This document shows positions 1-8,315 of a stretch of DNA of 34,976 bases, piece by piece. This DNA comes from Salinivirgaceae bacterium (GTDB lineage Bacteria; Bacteroidota; Bacteroidia; Bacteroidales; SZUA-534), in assembly GCA_024405635.1 (NCBI GenBank), contig JAKSOL010000027.1, forward strand, positions 1 to 34,976, in the 5' to 3' direction. Both the position numbers and the translations under genes were made by a program. How positions within the stretch are numbered: the first letter of the stretch is position 1; each line of letters begins with the position of its first letter. The notes under the pieces are model-generated. The model saw only the letters and a program-made list of their open reading frames with translations, did no database searches and had not been told where the DNA came from.

Positions 1-1093
1 TAGGATCGAGCAATCCGTTGATGGTGACGGCATCCGTAATGCCTCGTTCGGCAAGATTATCCACCTGGTCTTTCATCAACGACTGCAGAGGCGAGATGAT
101 AACGGTAAGTCCATGTACAGAACGACCTTCCATCAAGGCAGGTAACTGAAAGGTAAGCGACTTACCACCACCGGTCGGGAAGATGGCCAACAGAGACTTC
201 CCTTCTACAGCCGCCCTTGCTGCTTTCTCTTGCAGAGGCTCACCTTCGTAAGTTCGAAACTGGTCATAACCAAAGAATTGCTTTAGGTTGTAATAAATAT
301 CAAGGTCTCTGTTGCAATAAGCGCACCCTTCCTCACATCGCGAGTGTCGAAAAATACGCACAACATTCTCCACATTCGGATAGTTGTGTAAAAACCACGA
401 CGGAGTAATCGAACGATAATCGGCAGTATCAATAAGGGCAAATGCTAATTCTGTTGGTTGTTGCACCATGATGCTTGCCACATCCGCATGTTCGCAGATT
501 TTGCCCTTGTATTCTTCACGAACCAATTCCTGAAGTTTTGCACTGTCATCCGCCTTTGCTCCAACGAATTGGAGGAAGCCCCGGAACTCAGGAACATCAT
601 GAAGTAATGTCGCATAGATTGCCTGTTTCCTTTTTGGAAGTGCGGCCCATGCAGTAACCTCCTCCATCAGCAAATCACGCGCTTTCTCACAATCATTTAC
701 CGGATTGTTCATCTGCTCACTCACCAACTTGTCGTCTTTCAACAATCGGTGATAAGGCCGTTCTGGAAACAATAACGGAGAAACGTACAAGGTATCTACC
801 AAAGTACATTCCCTAATATCTTCCCCGAACAGATACTTCGCATCATGATGGATGATGTTGTGACCGCAAATATAATCCACACCGTCCAGAAACTGCATCA
901 TCGCATGTTTGTCGGCAGCATGAAAGGTCGCCCCATCCCAACGCAAAGCCCCGATGTCATGAACCCGCTTGTCCTTCATGCCCACCTCGCAATCTACAAT
1001 GGCATACTTGAAAGCCCCGCTAGACTCCACCTCATTGGCAGAGGCAGAAACATTGCCGCTTATAGATTCTATTATTTTACTCCAGATGGACAT
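1..1093 (-). CDS. RecQ-family ATP-dependent DNA helicase with N-terminal DnaQ/DEDD exonuclease-like domain (5' part only; runs off the left edge)
   Basis: Not in the ORF track because no stop lies in the window. Manual translation from ATG at 1093: MSIWSKIIES...YAIVDCEVG...VHDIGAL...YICGHNIIHHD...LVDTLYVSPLLFPERPYHRLLKDDK...NNPVNDC...LKQFFGYDQFR...LLAIFPTGGGKSLTFQLPAL...TVIISPLQSLMKDQV. RecQ motifs 0, I and Ia are present, plus ExoI/ExoII-like DxE and GHN..D motifs. Confidence 0.92.
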   Translation of the reverse strand, partial: MSIWSKIIESISGNVSASANEVESSGAFKYAIVDCEVGMKDKRVHDIGALRWDGATFHAADKHAMMQFLDGVDYICGHNIIHHDAKYLFGEDIRECTLVDTLYVSPLLFPERPYHRLLKDDKLVSEQMNNPVNDCEKARDLLMEEVTAWAALPKRKQAIYATLLHDVPEFRGFLQFVGAKADDSAKLQELVREEYKGKICEHADVASIMVQQPTELAFALIDTADYRSITPSWFLHNYPNVENVVRIFRHSRCEEGCAYCNRDLDIYYNLKQFFGYDQFRTYEGEPLQEKAARAAVEGKSLLAIFPTGGGKSLTFQLPALMEGRSVHGLTVIISPLQSLMKDQVDNLAERGITDAVTINGLLDP

Positions 1094-1103
1094 GATTCAC
1101 TTC

Positions 1104-1181
1104 TTATATTAATCCAATCTTTTTCAGCCTTGAACGGATTGAGCCATCATTACGCTGTAGTATGATTGCCAACTCATAATG
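1104..1181 (-). pseudogene. Relic of a small Myb/HTH-like protein C-terminus
   Basis: Minus-strand frame reads HYELAIILQRNDGSIRSRLKKIGLI*, resembling the 'ELA...R..GAI.SRL.KLGL' HTH tail. An in-frame TAA (1182-1184) precedes it and there is no ATG start. Confidence 0.5.
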
Positions 1182-1242
1182 TTACTGCAACATGCTATTT
1201 ATGACGTCTTTGTATGCAATATTATTATGATATTTAATGTAT

Positions 1243-2988
1243 TTACTTTATCAACCCCTGTTCATTCAAAAAACTTGCGAACGCTTCAAGGATAGTATTG
1301 GTTCTTTCTTTAATATCTGATTCTGCAAAGTCGGTTTTCGTCTTAGCAAGTTGTTTCAATTCTTCTACACTAGTCGCTTTCTTTTCGTCTCCTTTAGAAG
1401 TAGTGTAGCCATTGTAGTACTTTATCTTGTCGCCAAAACGGAAGTCGGAAGCACGGATGTTGATACGCTTTTCAAGAATCGTTTTGTTGCCGAGCATCTC
1501 TACAACGTCTTTGGAACTGAGGGATTTCTCCAAATCGTAACGGTTGCGAGCATAGATGTGCTCTATTTCAAAGACTGTGTCAAGCGAAGGTCGTTCTTGA
1601 TTTTCGTCTTGCATACACCACCATACAAGCATTGACTTGGTGATAGGGCGCCCGTTGTAGAAGTTGTAGTTGTTGAACTGATTTGCCGTCTGCTGCTGAG
1701 GAAAACGGAATTCTGCAAAATCCACTTCTTTGCCGTTAATGAGATTCACCATCTCTGCATAGACAGGCGTACGCAAAGCATTCACACCAGGATTCGTTAT
1801 GGCGTATGTCCAAATGAAGGCAATGGTCTTTGTTAGAAAGTTGTAGAATTTCTCGTCGTCCAGTTGATTGTCGGCATCCTTGTTGCAAAGGAAATAAACA
1901 CTTACGAAGAAGGTCCACATGCTATTCGGTGCATAATTAAGGACAAAGAGCTGACGCAGCACTCTCTGAGAGAAACGATCATCGGACATAGAATAAACAT
2001 CGTTCCAAAAGTCAGCAAGCAGTTCCATGTTACAGAGCGTCTCATCGCTTTGTAGTAAAGCGTAGTTGTTAGCTCCATAGAATGAGCGCAATGCCTCTGT
2101 TGTAGATCGTTTGATGCCTTTCTTGGCACGCTCGTAATACATGTAACGGGAGAAAAGCTCATCCATCGGGGTACCGCTGTTGGAGTGGAGATGCTTTTCG
2201 CAAATCTCCTCAAGTTTACGCCAACGATTGATAAATTCATCCTTTTTGCCAAGCTTTGAATAATACTTGTAGAATTCTGCTTTAAAGATGTCTGCATCAG
2301 AAAGTGCCTTTCCACGATTGTTGAGCGTAGAGAATATGCGTAGAGCAGTATCCTGTACGTCAGCTTCGATTGGCAACAAGATACAATTGTTCAGTATTCT
2401 GCTAGGCAGATAAGGGAAGTATGCGGGATAATCTGCCACAAACTCATCTATCTTTCCTTGGAAAAAGCGGAAGTTCTCAGCATAACGACTTTTCATTTTG
2501 TCGTTGACAACTCCGTCTTTTAGAATAGCAAGGAATTCCTCCTTATCCTTATCTGTAGCAACTTCAGAATTGATTTTCAGAAGATTCATATCAGGTTGGT
2601 CAAACTCGTCAGTTTTCCAAATGCACTTACCAATCATCTCACGAAGCAATTGACTCTGCTTGTCTTTCATTTTCTCAAAACGAGAATAAAAAGCACGAAG
2701 TAAGAGCATAATGGTTGTTAAACGTTGCTGACCATCAATTATTTCCATTTGACCTCGCTCATTCTTGAAAGTCACGATAGGGCCAAGATAATACTCGGCT
2801 GTAGATCGGTCAAACTTGTCGGCATCAGCTTCTGGAATAGCAAAAGCGAACACATCTTCCCACAGGGTAAAGCATTCTTTTTCGGCATCCCAAGCGTAAG
2901 GTCGCTGATAATCAGGTATAAGAAAATCTGCCTTATTATCACTCAGCAGATTCTTTATGGTTTTCTGATCAACGTTAAGTTTTGACAT
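1243..2988 (-). CDS. gmrSD: GmrSD-type type IV (modification-dependent) restriction protein, DUF262 + DUF1524/HNH
   Basis: DUF262 motifs IPDYQRPYAW, IIDGQQRLTT and FSTLNNRG; C-terminal HNH-like EIEHIY...LGNKTILEKRINIRASD. Confidence 0.88.
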   Translation of the reverse strand: MSKLNVDQKTIKNLLSDNKADFLIPDYQRPYAWDAEKECFTLWEDVFAFAIPEADADKFDRSTAEYYLGPIVTFKNERGQMEIIDGQQRLTTIMLLLRAFYSRFEKMKDKQSQLLREMIGKCIWKTDEFDQPDMNLLKINSEVATDKDKEEFLAILKDGVVNDKMKSRYAENFRFFQGKIDEFVADYPAYFPYLPSRILNNCILLPIEADVQDTALRIFSTLNNRGKALSDADIFKAEFYKYYSKLGKKDEFINRWRKLEEICEKHLHSNSGTPMDELFSRYMYYERAKKGIKRSTTEALRSFYGANNYALLQSDETLCNMELLADFWNDVYSMSDDRFSQRVLRQLFVLNYAPNSMWTFFVSVYFLCNKDADNQLDDEKFYNFLTKTIAFIWTYAITNPGVNALRTPVYAEMVNLINGKEVDFAEFRFPQQQTANQFNNYNFYNGRPITKSMLVWWCMQDENQERPSLDTVFEIEHIYARNRYDLEKSLSSKDVVEMLGNKTILEKRINIRASDFRFGDKIKYYNGYTTSKGDEKKATSVEELKQLAKTKTDFAESDIKERTNTILEAFASFLNEQGLIK

Positions 2989-3046
2989 AAGTATGAGTGT
3001 TATTATTTGTTCAATTGTACTTTATTCAGAATTATAATTTATGAAA

Positions 3047-3253
3047 TCATTGATTTTCCATCTCCCAATGTCCAGCCTTGTTGATTCCAACATACTTGAC
3101 GTCCTTCAAATCGCTAAGGACGCAGAATGTCCGTTTGATTATCTTCTCTAAAACATTAAACATTGTTGCAAGAGTAAATGTATTTACAATACTATTTGAT
3201 ATGCCGTTTTCTATAATAAATCTTTCGCTGTTATTACATATAACGAACAACAA
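3047..3253 (-). pseudogene. Degenerate winged-HTH tail of the type found on Fic / AlbA-RecG-like proteins
   Basis: TLATMFNVLEKIIKR...VKYVGINKAGHWEM resembles the 'LA..L.VS.KTIKR...L....I...G..K.GHWE' wHTH tail. Only a weak TTG start, and an in-frame stop lies about 15 codons upstream. Confidence 0.5.
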
Positions 3254-3396
3254 ATCGAACTGTAAATCACTTTGTTTTTGTTCAGTTATTATTTCTCTTC
3301 AATGTTAATATTTTATTCAACACCAAATCTTTAGAAATAAGCAATAAACGAACTTAATTGATTGAAGACTCTTCAGCCCACCCCTTTGATATAGGC

Positions 3397-3431
3397 AAAA
3401 AAAAAAGAGGAACATCTCTGTTCCTCTTTTT
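3397..3431 (-). terminator. Intrinsic terminator of tRNA-Ser
   Basis: Perfect hairpin AAAAAGAGGAACA-tctc-TGTTCCTCTTTTT; on the minus strand it ends in a 10-nt T run. Confidence 0.85.
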
Positions 3432-3442
3432 GCATCTCTCAG

Positions 3443-3527
3443 CGGAGAGATAGGGATTCGAACCCCAGATACCTTGCGGTATGCCGGTTTTCAAGACCGG
3501 TGCAATCGACCACTCTGCCATCTCTCC
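3443..3527 (-). tRNA. tRNA-Ser (anticodon TGA)
   Basis: Reverse complement GGAGAGATGGCAGAGTGGTCGATTGCACCGGTCTTGAAAACCGGCATACCGCAAGGTATCTGGGGTTCGAATCCCTATCTCTCCG: 7-bp acceptor stem, anticodon loop CT-TGA-AA, long variable arm, GTTCGAATC T-loop. CCA is not encoded. Confidence 0.97.
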
Positions 3528-3532
3528 AGCGA

Positions 3533-3540
3533 CAAAAGTA
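3533..3540 (-). promoter_or_regulatory. Bacteroidota -7 promoter box (TACTTTTG) for tRNA-Ser
   Basis: Exact TAnnTTTG match 5 nt upstream of the tRNA; a TTG lies about 20 nt further upstream. Confidence 0.75.
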
Positions 3541-3801
3541 GATATTTTTCCTTTCCGTGCAACACGAACTGCACTTTTTCTGAATATTTTTTATAATCTT
3601 CTAATAATCAACACGTAACGCAACACAAAAGACTATCATTTCGTTACAAAAGCGTCTCATTATAGCTCATTTAACAACGTTTGCAACATCAATTTTTAGT
3701 TTACAAGTGTGAAAAACTAACATTTTTAGCACCCAAGTCAACTTTAATACTAAACTTTAAAATAATCGTAATTTTATTGTTGCACATTAAAACAAAGCAT
3801 G

Positions 3802-3809
3802 TATATTTG
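3802..3809 (+). promoter_or_regulatory. Bacteroidota -7 promoter box (TATATTTG) for tRNA-Val
   Basis: Exact TAnnTTTG match with TTG about 20 nt upstream. Confidence 0.75.
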
Positions 3810-3844
3810 CATCGCTTTTACGGAAGCAAGGTTCTTAATATTTT

Positions 3845-3919
3845 GGGCGCTTAGCTCAGTTGGTTCAGAGCATCTGGTTTACACCCAGAGGGTCGGGGGT
3901 TCGAATCCCTCAGCGCCCA
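3845..3919 (+). tRNA. tRNA-Val (anticodon TAC)
   Basis: GGGCGCTTAGCTCAGTTGGTTCAGAGCATCTGGTTTACACCCAGAGGGTCGGGGGTTCGAATCCCTCAGCGCCCA folds as a cloverleaf with anticodon loop TT-TAC-AC. CCA is not encoded. Confidence 0.97.
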
Positions 3920-3922
3920 CTC

Positions 3923-3958
3923 AAAGACTTTCAATCATCGATTGAGAGTCTTTTTTTT
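3923..3958 (+). terminator. Intrinsic terminator of tRNA-Val
   Basis: AAAGACTTTCAATC-atc-GATTGAGAGTC followed by T8. Confidence 0.85.
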
Positions 3959-3976
3959 GCCTAATTATTACTTGAC

Positions 3977-4010
3977 AAAAAAAGCAACCCCAAACTTGGA
4001 ATTGCTTTTT
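3977..4010 (-). terminator. Intrinsic terminator of the T9SS cargo gene
   Basis: Minus strand GCAATTCCAA-gt-TTGGGGTTGC (with G-U pairs) followed by T7. Confidence 0.7.
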
Positions 4011-4036
4011 ATAATTTTTCAAAAATAGGATCTACC

Positions 4037-5677
4037 CTATTCCACTACAAGTTTCACTGTCTTTATTGTATCGTTTAAAATATCAAGGGTAACCACATAC
4101 ACACCAGAAGCCAAATGGGTATCTAATTGCACACTGCCCGATACTTCGTTTATATGGTATTGTGCCACTTGCACACCAGTCATATTTAGTATTGTTACGG
4201 TGATTGGCGACTGCACATCGGCTCCAACATTGAGCATTACCGACTGATTTGCTGAAATTGGATTTGGGTATAAACTAACTTGATTGGCGCTAATTGATAT
4301 GTGGGAAACCGACACTATTTGCGATGCTACCGTTGTGCCATCATAGTCGGTTTGCTCAAGGCGATAATAAACGGTGCCTTGTGGAGCGTCAAAGTCGGCA
4401 TATTTATAAGACATAACCGAGTTGGAGTTTCCTGCACCATCAAAAATTGCAATTTTCTGAAAATTGACACAATCGGTTGAGCGATATATAGTATAGTAAT
4501 CGTTGTTTGTTTCGGTTGCTGTTTGCCATTGCAATACAACTTTTCCATTGGCACTTGTTGCCGAAAAATCAAGCAATTCTATTGGCAGAGGGCGACTTGT
4601 AACAATGGGATTAAAATGTGTTATATTAAAACCTCCAGCGGCCAACTGATCCATACATACTTCGCCGCTACCATTGCTACAACGCAAATCATTAATCACA
4701 AGCATCGAGCCTTCGCCCGAAATTGTCCTTGTCCAATCAATTATTAAATCGTTGCCAACAGACAAGTCTCTGTTTATTGTGTATTGTCCATTATTTAAAA
4801 CCACATTGCCTGTTACATCAAGCGATGCGCCATCGGCTATAACAACATTATTTGGATTAACGAATTTGCAATCGCCTTCAACACTAAATTGCGCACCAGT
4901 GCCCATAGTCAAACTTGCGCCATTACCAATTGCCACATCACCAGCAAAGGCAACTGTTGAATTTGCATCAGCATTAATTGCAGTTCCTCCTGACATGTTT
5001 AGTGTCTCGCCCTCAAGTTCGCCTTGAATAGTAACAGAGCCACTTCCAGTTACGTTTATCGGTCCATTAACAATAGCTTTTGCTCCCGGATTAACTTGTA
5101 GTTGAGATGTATTTCCGCCATTAATTGTAAGGCTGTTGCAGGTGAATCCATTACTAGCAAAAATGCCAGCTGTTGATAAATAAACGTTATTTGCCTGCAA
5201 GCTACTTTGCGTACCAAGATAAAGGTTCATATGGTTTCCGCCAGAAAGACGTAAGTCGTTCTGAACCTCAAGCGAACCATTTATTCGTATTGGGCCAGAG
5301 CCACCTCGCAAATTGTTCGCAATAATGCTCGATCCGTATTCCGATTCAATATGAAGGTAGTCTTGACTTGGTACCGAAATATCGCCCGCAACATTGATTG
5401 TGATGCCTGCGCCTATAACTAAACAAAACAATCCGTCAATACTAACGTCTCTAGTTACGTTCAATGTATGAGGGTTGCCATCGGCTGACACTATATTAAA
5501 ATAAACAACATTACCCCAATGCGTCATAGACATTGAGTTTAATGTTAAATCGCTTGACAAACGCAATGTTGATTCGTTGGTAATATTTAGGCTTGAATTA
5601 GGACTTGGGGTTATATCGGCACAATAAGCCAATAAAACAAAGTACAATAATAGCGTAGTGATGAATAATCTTTTCAT
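4037..5677 (-). CDS. Secreted protein with T9SS type A C-terminal sorting domain; Gly/Asn-rich beta-solenoid-like passenger plus an Ig-like 'PLPIELLDF' domain
   Basis: Signal peptide; repeated short beta motifs (L.V.G.L.L.G); PLPIELLDF...LQWQTATETNNDYYTIYRS...YYRLEQTDYDG; CTD LYPNP...LASGVYVV...TVKLVVE. Confidence 0.85.
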   Translation of the reverse strand: MKRLFITTLLLYFVLLAYCADITPSPNSSLNITNESTLRLSSDLTLNSMSMTHWGNVVYFNIVSADGNPHTLNVTRDVSIDGLFCLVIGAGITINVAGDISVPSQDYLHIESEYGSSIIANNLRGGSGPIRINGSLEVQNDLRLSGGNHMNLYLGTQSSLQANNVYLSTAGIFASNGFTCNSLTINGGNTSQLQVNPGAKAIVNGPINVTGSGSVTIQGELEGETLNMSGGTAINADANSTVAFAGDVAIGNGASLTMGTGAQFSVEGDCKFVNPNNVVIADGASLDVTGNVVLNNGQYTINRDLSVGNDLIIDWTRTISGEGSMLVINDLRCSNGSGEVCMDQLAAGGFNITHFNPIVTSRPLPIELLDFSATSANGKVVLQWQTATETNNDYYTIYRSTDCVNFQKIAIFDGAGNSNSVMSYKYADFDAPQGTVYYRLEQTDYDGTTVASQIVSVSHISISANQVSLYPNPISANQSVMLNVGADVQSPITVTILNMTGVQVAQYHINEVSGSVQLDTHLASGVYVVTLDILNDTIKTVKLVVE

Positions 5678-5706
5678 CGGTTTAGTTTTTTTGGTTTCTT
5701 CAGCTG

Positions 5707-5714
5707 CAAATATA
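5707..5714 (-). promoter_or_regulatory. Bacteroidota -7 box (TATATTTG) for the T9SS cargo gene
   Basis: Exact TAnnTTTG about 30 nt upstream of the ATG; TTG at 5733-5735. Confidence 0.65.
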
Positions 5715-5877
5715 CTCTTTTGCTTTGTGTATCAACATTATAGAAACCAAAACTACTATGAAGAATATCAGTTTTGCAACATGATAAAACACACTAAAGG
5801 ATAGTTAATAATACTATTTATATAGTTCAATTTGAATAATTTAGCGCTCATCAAAAAAAAACAAGAACAACAACTTT

Positions 5878-7227
5878 ATGAACAAGAAAGTATTTTCCAC
5901 ATTGGCTATTCTACTGATATTGAGTCAATTTGCAGCAAAAGCCGGCACTAAACCTGAGGTTGAATTCAGCAAATACTTTACAGATAGTACACTTCGTTTG
6001 GACTATATTTTTGCTGGGACTGCAAAATGCGCAAACATTTACGTTGACGAACTAAACATGTTACCTCATTGGGCGGGTCGCCGCTATAACCTTGATTCGC
6101 TGATACTTAAAGGCAACGGGCAGATTTATGTAACCGACTCAGCAACTAACAAACTTATTTATTGCCATTCGTTTTCGACCTTGTTTCACGAGTGGCAAAC
6201 TACCGAAGAGGCTGCCAATGTAGCTCGCTCGTTTGAGAATGTTTATCTTGTGCCGTTTCCTCGCAAAGCGGTAAATATTCGCATCGTTATTCAAGATTTT
6301 CATGGCCAAAACACTGCAGAATTGAATCATAAAGTTTCGCCAAACGATATTTTAATCCGCAAAATTGGCTTTAAGGAATATTACCCAAGCAAATACATAC
6401 AGAAAAGCGGAAGCAGCGCAAACTGCATCGACATTGCATTTATTGCCGAAGGATACACTGAAGAAGAAATGGAATTGTTTTATAGTGATTGTGCGAAATC
6501 GGTAGAATCGATTTTGAGTTTCGAACCATTTAAATCGCGCAAAGACAAATTCAATTTTGTTGCAGTTGCAACCCCATCAATCGAAAGCGGAGTGAGCATT
6601 CCACACAACAATCAAGGTTGGACAAATACCTTCCACCAATCGCACTACGACACCTTTTACAGCGACCGATACTTAACAACATCGCGCCTAAAAACAATAC
6701 ACAACGCACTGGCCGCTGTTGAATACGAGCACATTATTCTGCTGGTAAATACCGAAAATTATGGAGGCGGAGGCATTTACAATGCGGTAACACTATCGGC
6801 CGCGCACCACCCTACAGCTCGCCAAGTGTTAGTTCACGAACTTGGGCATAGTTTTGCGGGTCTAGCTGACGAGTATTTTTACGACGATTCGTACGAACCA
6901 TATTACTTTACCGACACCGAACCTTGGGAGCCAAACATAACAACGTTGAACGATTTTGAATCGAAGTGGAAAGATATGCTACCCAGAGGCACACAAATTC
7001 CGACACCAACGAAATACACAGGCAAATTCAACTACAAAAACATGCCAACCGACCCAAACCACCCAATTTATACCGAAGTTGGCGTTTTTGAAGGCGCTGG
7101 CTATATGAGCAAAGGCGCATACAGACCTGTTGAAGAGTGCCGAATGAAAATAAATGAAGCACCTGATTTTTGTCCTGTTTGCAAAAGAGCAATTATACAT
7201 GTAATTAATTTTTACACAAGAGATTAA
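5878..7227 (+). CDS. M64 family (IgA peptidase-like) zinc metallopeptidase with N-terminal M64_N domain
   Basis: Signal peptide; FTDSTLRLDYIFAG; IAEGYT; YGGGGIYN; HELGHSFAGLADEY; C-terminal CRMK...FCPVC. Confidence 0.92.
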   Translation: MNKKVFSTLAILLILSQFAAKAGTKPEVEFSKYFTDSTLRLDYIFAGTAKCANIYVDELNMLPHWAGRRYNLDSLILKGNGQIYVTDSATNKLIYCHSFSTLFHEWQTTEEAANVARSFENVYLVPFPRKAVNIRIVIQDFHGQNTAELNHKVSPNDILIRKIGFKEYYPSKYIQKSGSSANCIDIAFIAEGYTEEEMELFYSDCAKSVESILSFEPFKSRKDKFNFVAVATPSIESGVSIPHNNQGWTNTFHQSHYDTFYSDRYLTTSRLKTIHNALAAVEYEHIILLVNTENYGGGGIYNAVTLSAAHHPTARQVLVHELGHSFAGLADEYFYDDSYEPYYFTDTEPWEPNITTLNDFESKWKDMLPRGTQIPTPTKYTGKFNYKNMPTDPNHPIYTEVGVFEGAGYMSKGAYRPVEECRMKINEAPDFCPVCKRAIIHVINFYTRD

Positions 7228-7242
7228 AACTGTTTTTGCGTA

Positions 7243-8223
7243 ATGGAAACAGATAAAAAACGAATAGAGTTTATTGATTTAGCCAAAGGTGTATGCATCA
7301 TTTTGGTAGTGCTGCTTCACATGGGGCTACCCATTGACGAACATGTGCCTTTGCTTCAAAATTTGCGAATGCCGCTGTACTTTATTTTGTCTGGCCTTTT
7401 TTTCAAGACATATGGCGGTTTTGCTCAATTATGCAAAAAGAAGATTAATAAAATACTTATACCATTTGTGTTTTTCTATGTTGCCAGCTATGGCATATTT
7501 TACATGCTGATAACATTTGCTCCAAGCTTATCAAACTCTGAAGCAACAGGCATTCTTGACATTTTTACCCAACGAACAACATTTAACAATCCGATTTGGT
7601 TTTTGCTATGCTTGTTTTGGTGCAACTTACTGTTTTGTGCCATTTCTGTTACAACAAAAGAAGAATGGCAACGAACAATTGCAGTAATTACAATAGGAGC
7701 AAGCGGATATCTACTAAACCGTTGTAACGTGCAAATTTACGGTTGCATTGATTGTGCATTTTCTTCTCTACCAATGTTTTATGTTGGCTATATGCTCAAT
7801 AAAACAAAACTACTCTACTCAAACAAATTTGATAAATACACACCACTGTTTGCAGCTGCTATTTTATGTTTGGCACTATTGCTAGTTAATATATGGCCAT
7901 CAAGAATAAACTACCAAACAAACGAATACTTTGGAAACATAATAATAGCCTATAGCACAAGTATTTTAGTTGTATTATCCACTTTGCTTATCTGCAAGAT
8001 TATAAAGCACTTACCAATCATTTCGTACTTTGGCCGATACTCAATAATTGTGCTTTGTACTCACGAAATGATACGTAAATTCGTAAAACCCGTGTTGGGC
8101 ATTTTAACCGACAATGTGTATGTGCTTGCAGTTGTAGTGTTAACAATATGCCTTGCAATAATTCCTTTGTGCATCAGATTTTTGCCACATGTTACAGCAC
8201 AAAAAGATGTTTTAGCAAGCTAA
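7243..8223 (+). CDS. Acyltransferase-3 family membrane protein
   Basis: RIEFIDLAKGVCIILVVLLH, RMPLYFILSG, IWFLLCLF and GRYS motifs; about 10 hydrophobic segments. Confidence 0.9.
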   Translation: METDKKRIEFIDLAKGVCIILVVLLHMGLPIDEHVPLLQNLRMPLYFILSGLFFKTYGGFAQLCKKKINKILIPFVFFYVASYGIFYMLITFAPSLSNSEATGILDIFTQRTTFNNPIWFLLCLFWCNLLFCAISVTTKEEWQRTIAVITIGASGYLLNRCNVQIYGCIDCAFSSLPMFYVGYMLNKTKLLYSNKFDKYTPLFAAAILCLALLLVNIWPSRINYQTNEYFGNIIIAYSTSILVVLSTLLICKIIKHLPIISYFGRYSIIVLCTHEMIRKFVKPVLGILTDNVYVLAVVVLTICLAIIPLCIRFLPHVTAQKDVLAS

Positions 8224-8286
8224 AGGCTAAATCAGCAAAAATGTTAGGCATAAACAATATGTTACAGCAACCAAAAGTTAAAAGGT

Positions 8287-8294
8287 TACATTTG
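8287..8294 (+). promoter_or_regulatory. Bacteroidota -7 box (TACATTTG) for the lgt operon
   Basis: Exact TAnnTTTG 21 nt upstream of the lgt ATG. Confidence 0.7.
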
Positions 8295-8315
8295 CAGTCA
8301 TACAAATAATAAGAA

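Noticed and set aside
217-1165. Plus-strand ORFs 217-408, 475-657 and 845-1165
   Set aside because: Antisense shadows of the RecQ-like gene on the minus strand.
3300-3445. Possible att site or integrase at the tRNA-Ser 3' end
   Set aside because: I saw no duplicate of the tRNA 3' end and no integrase in the window, and the tRNA terminator is intact, so no mobile element is called.
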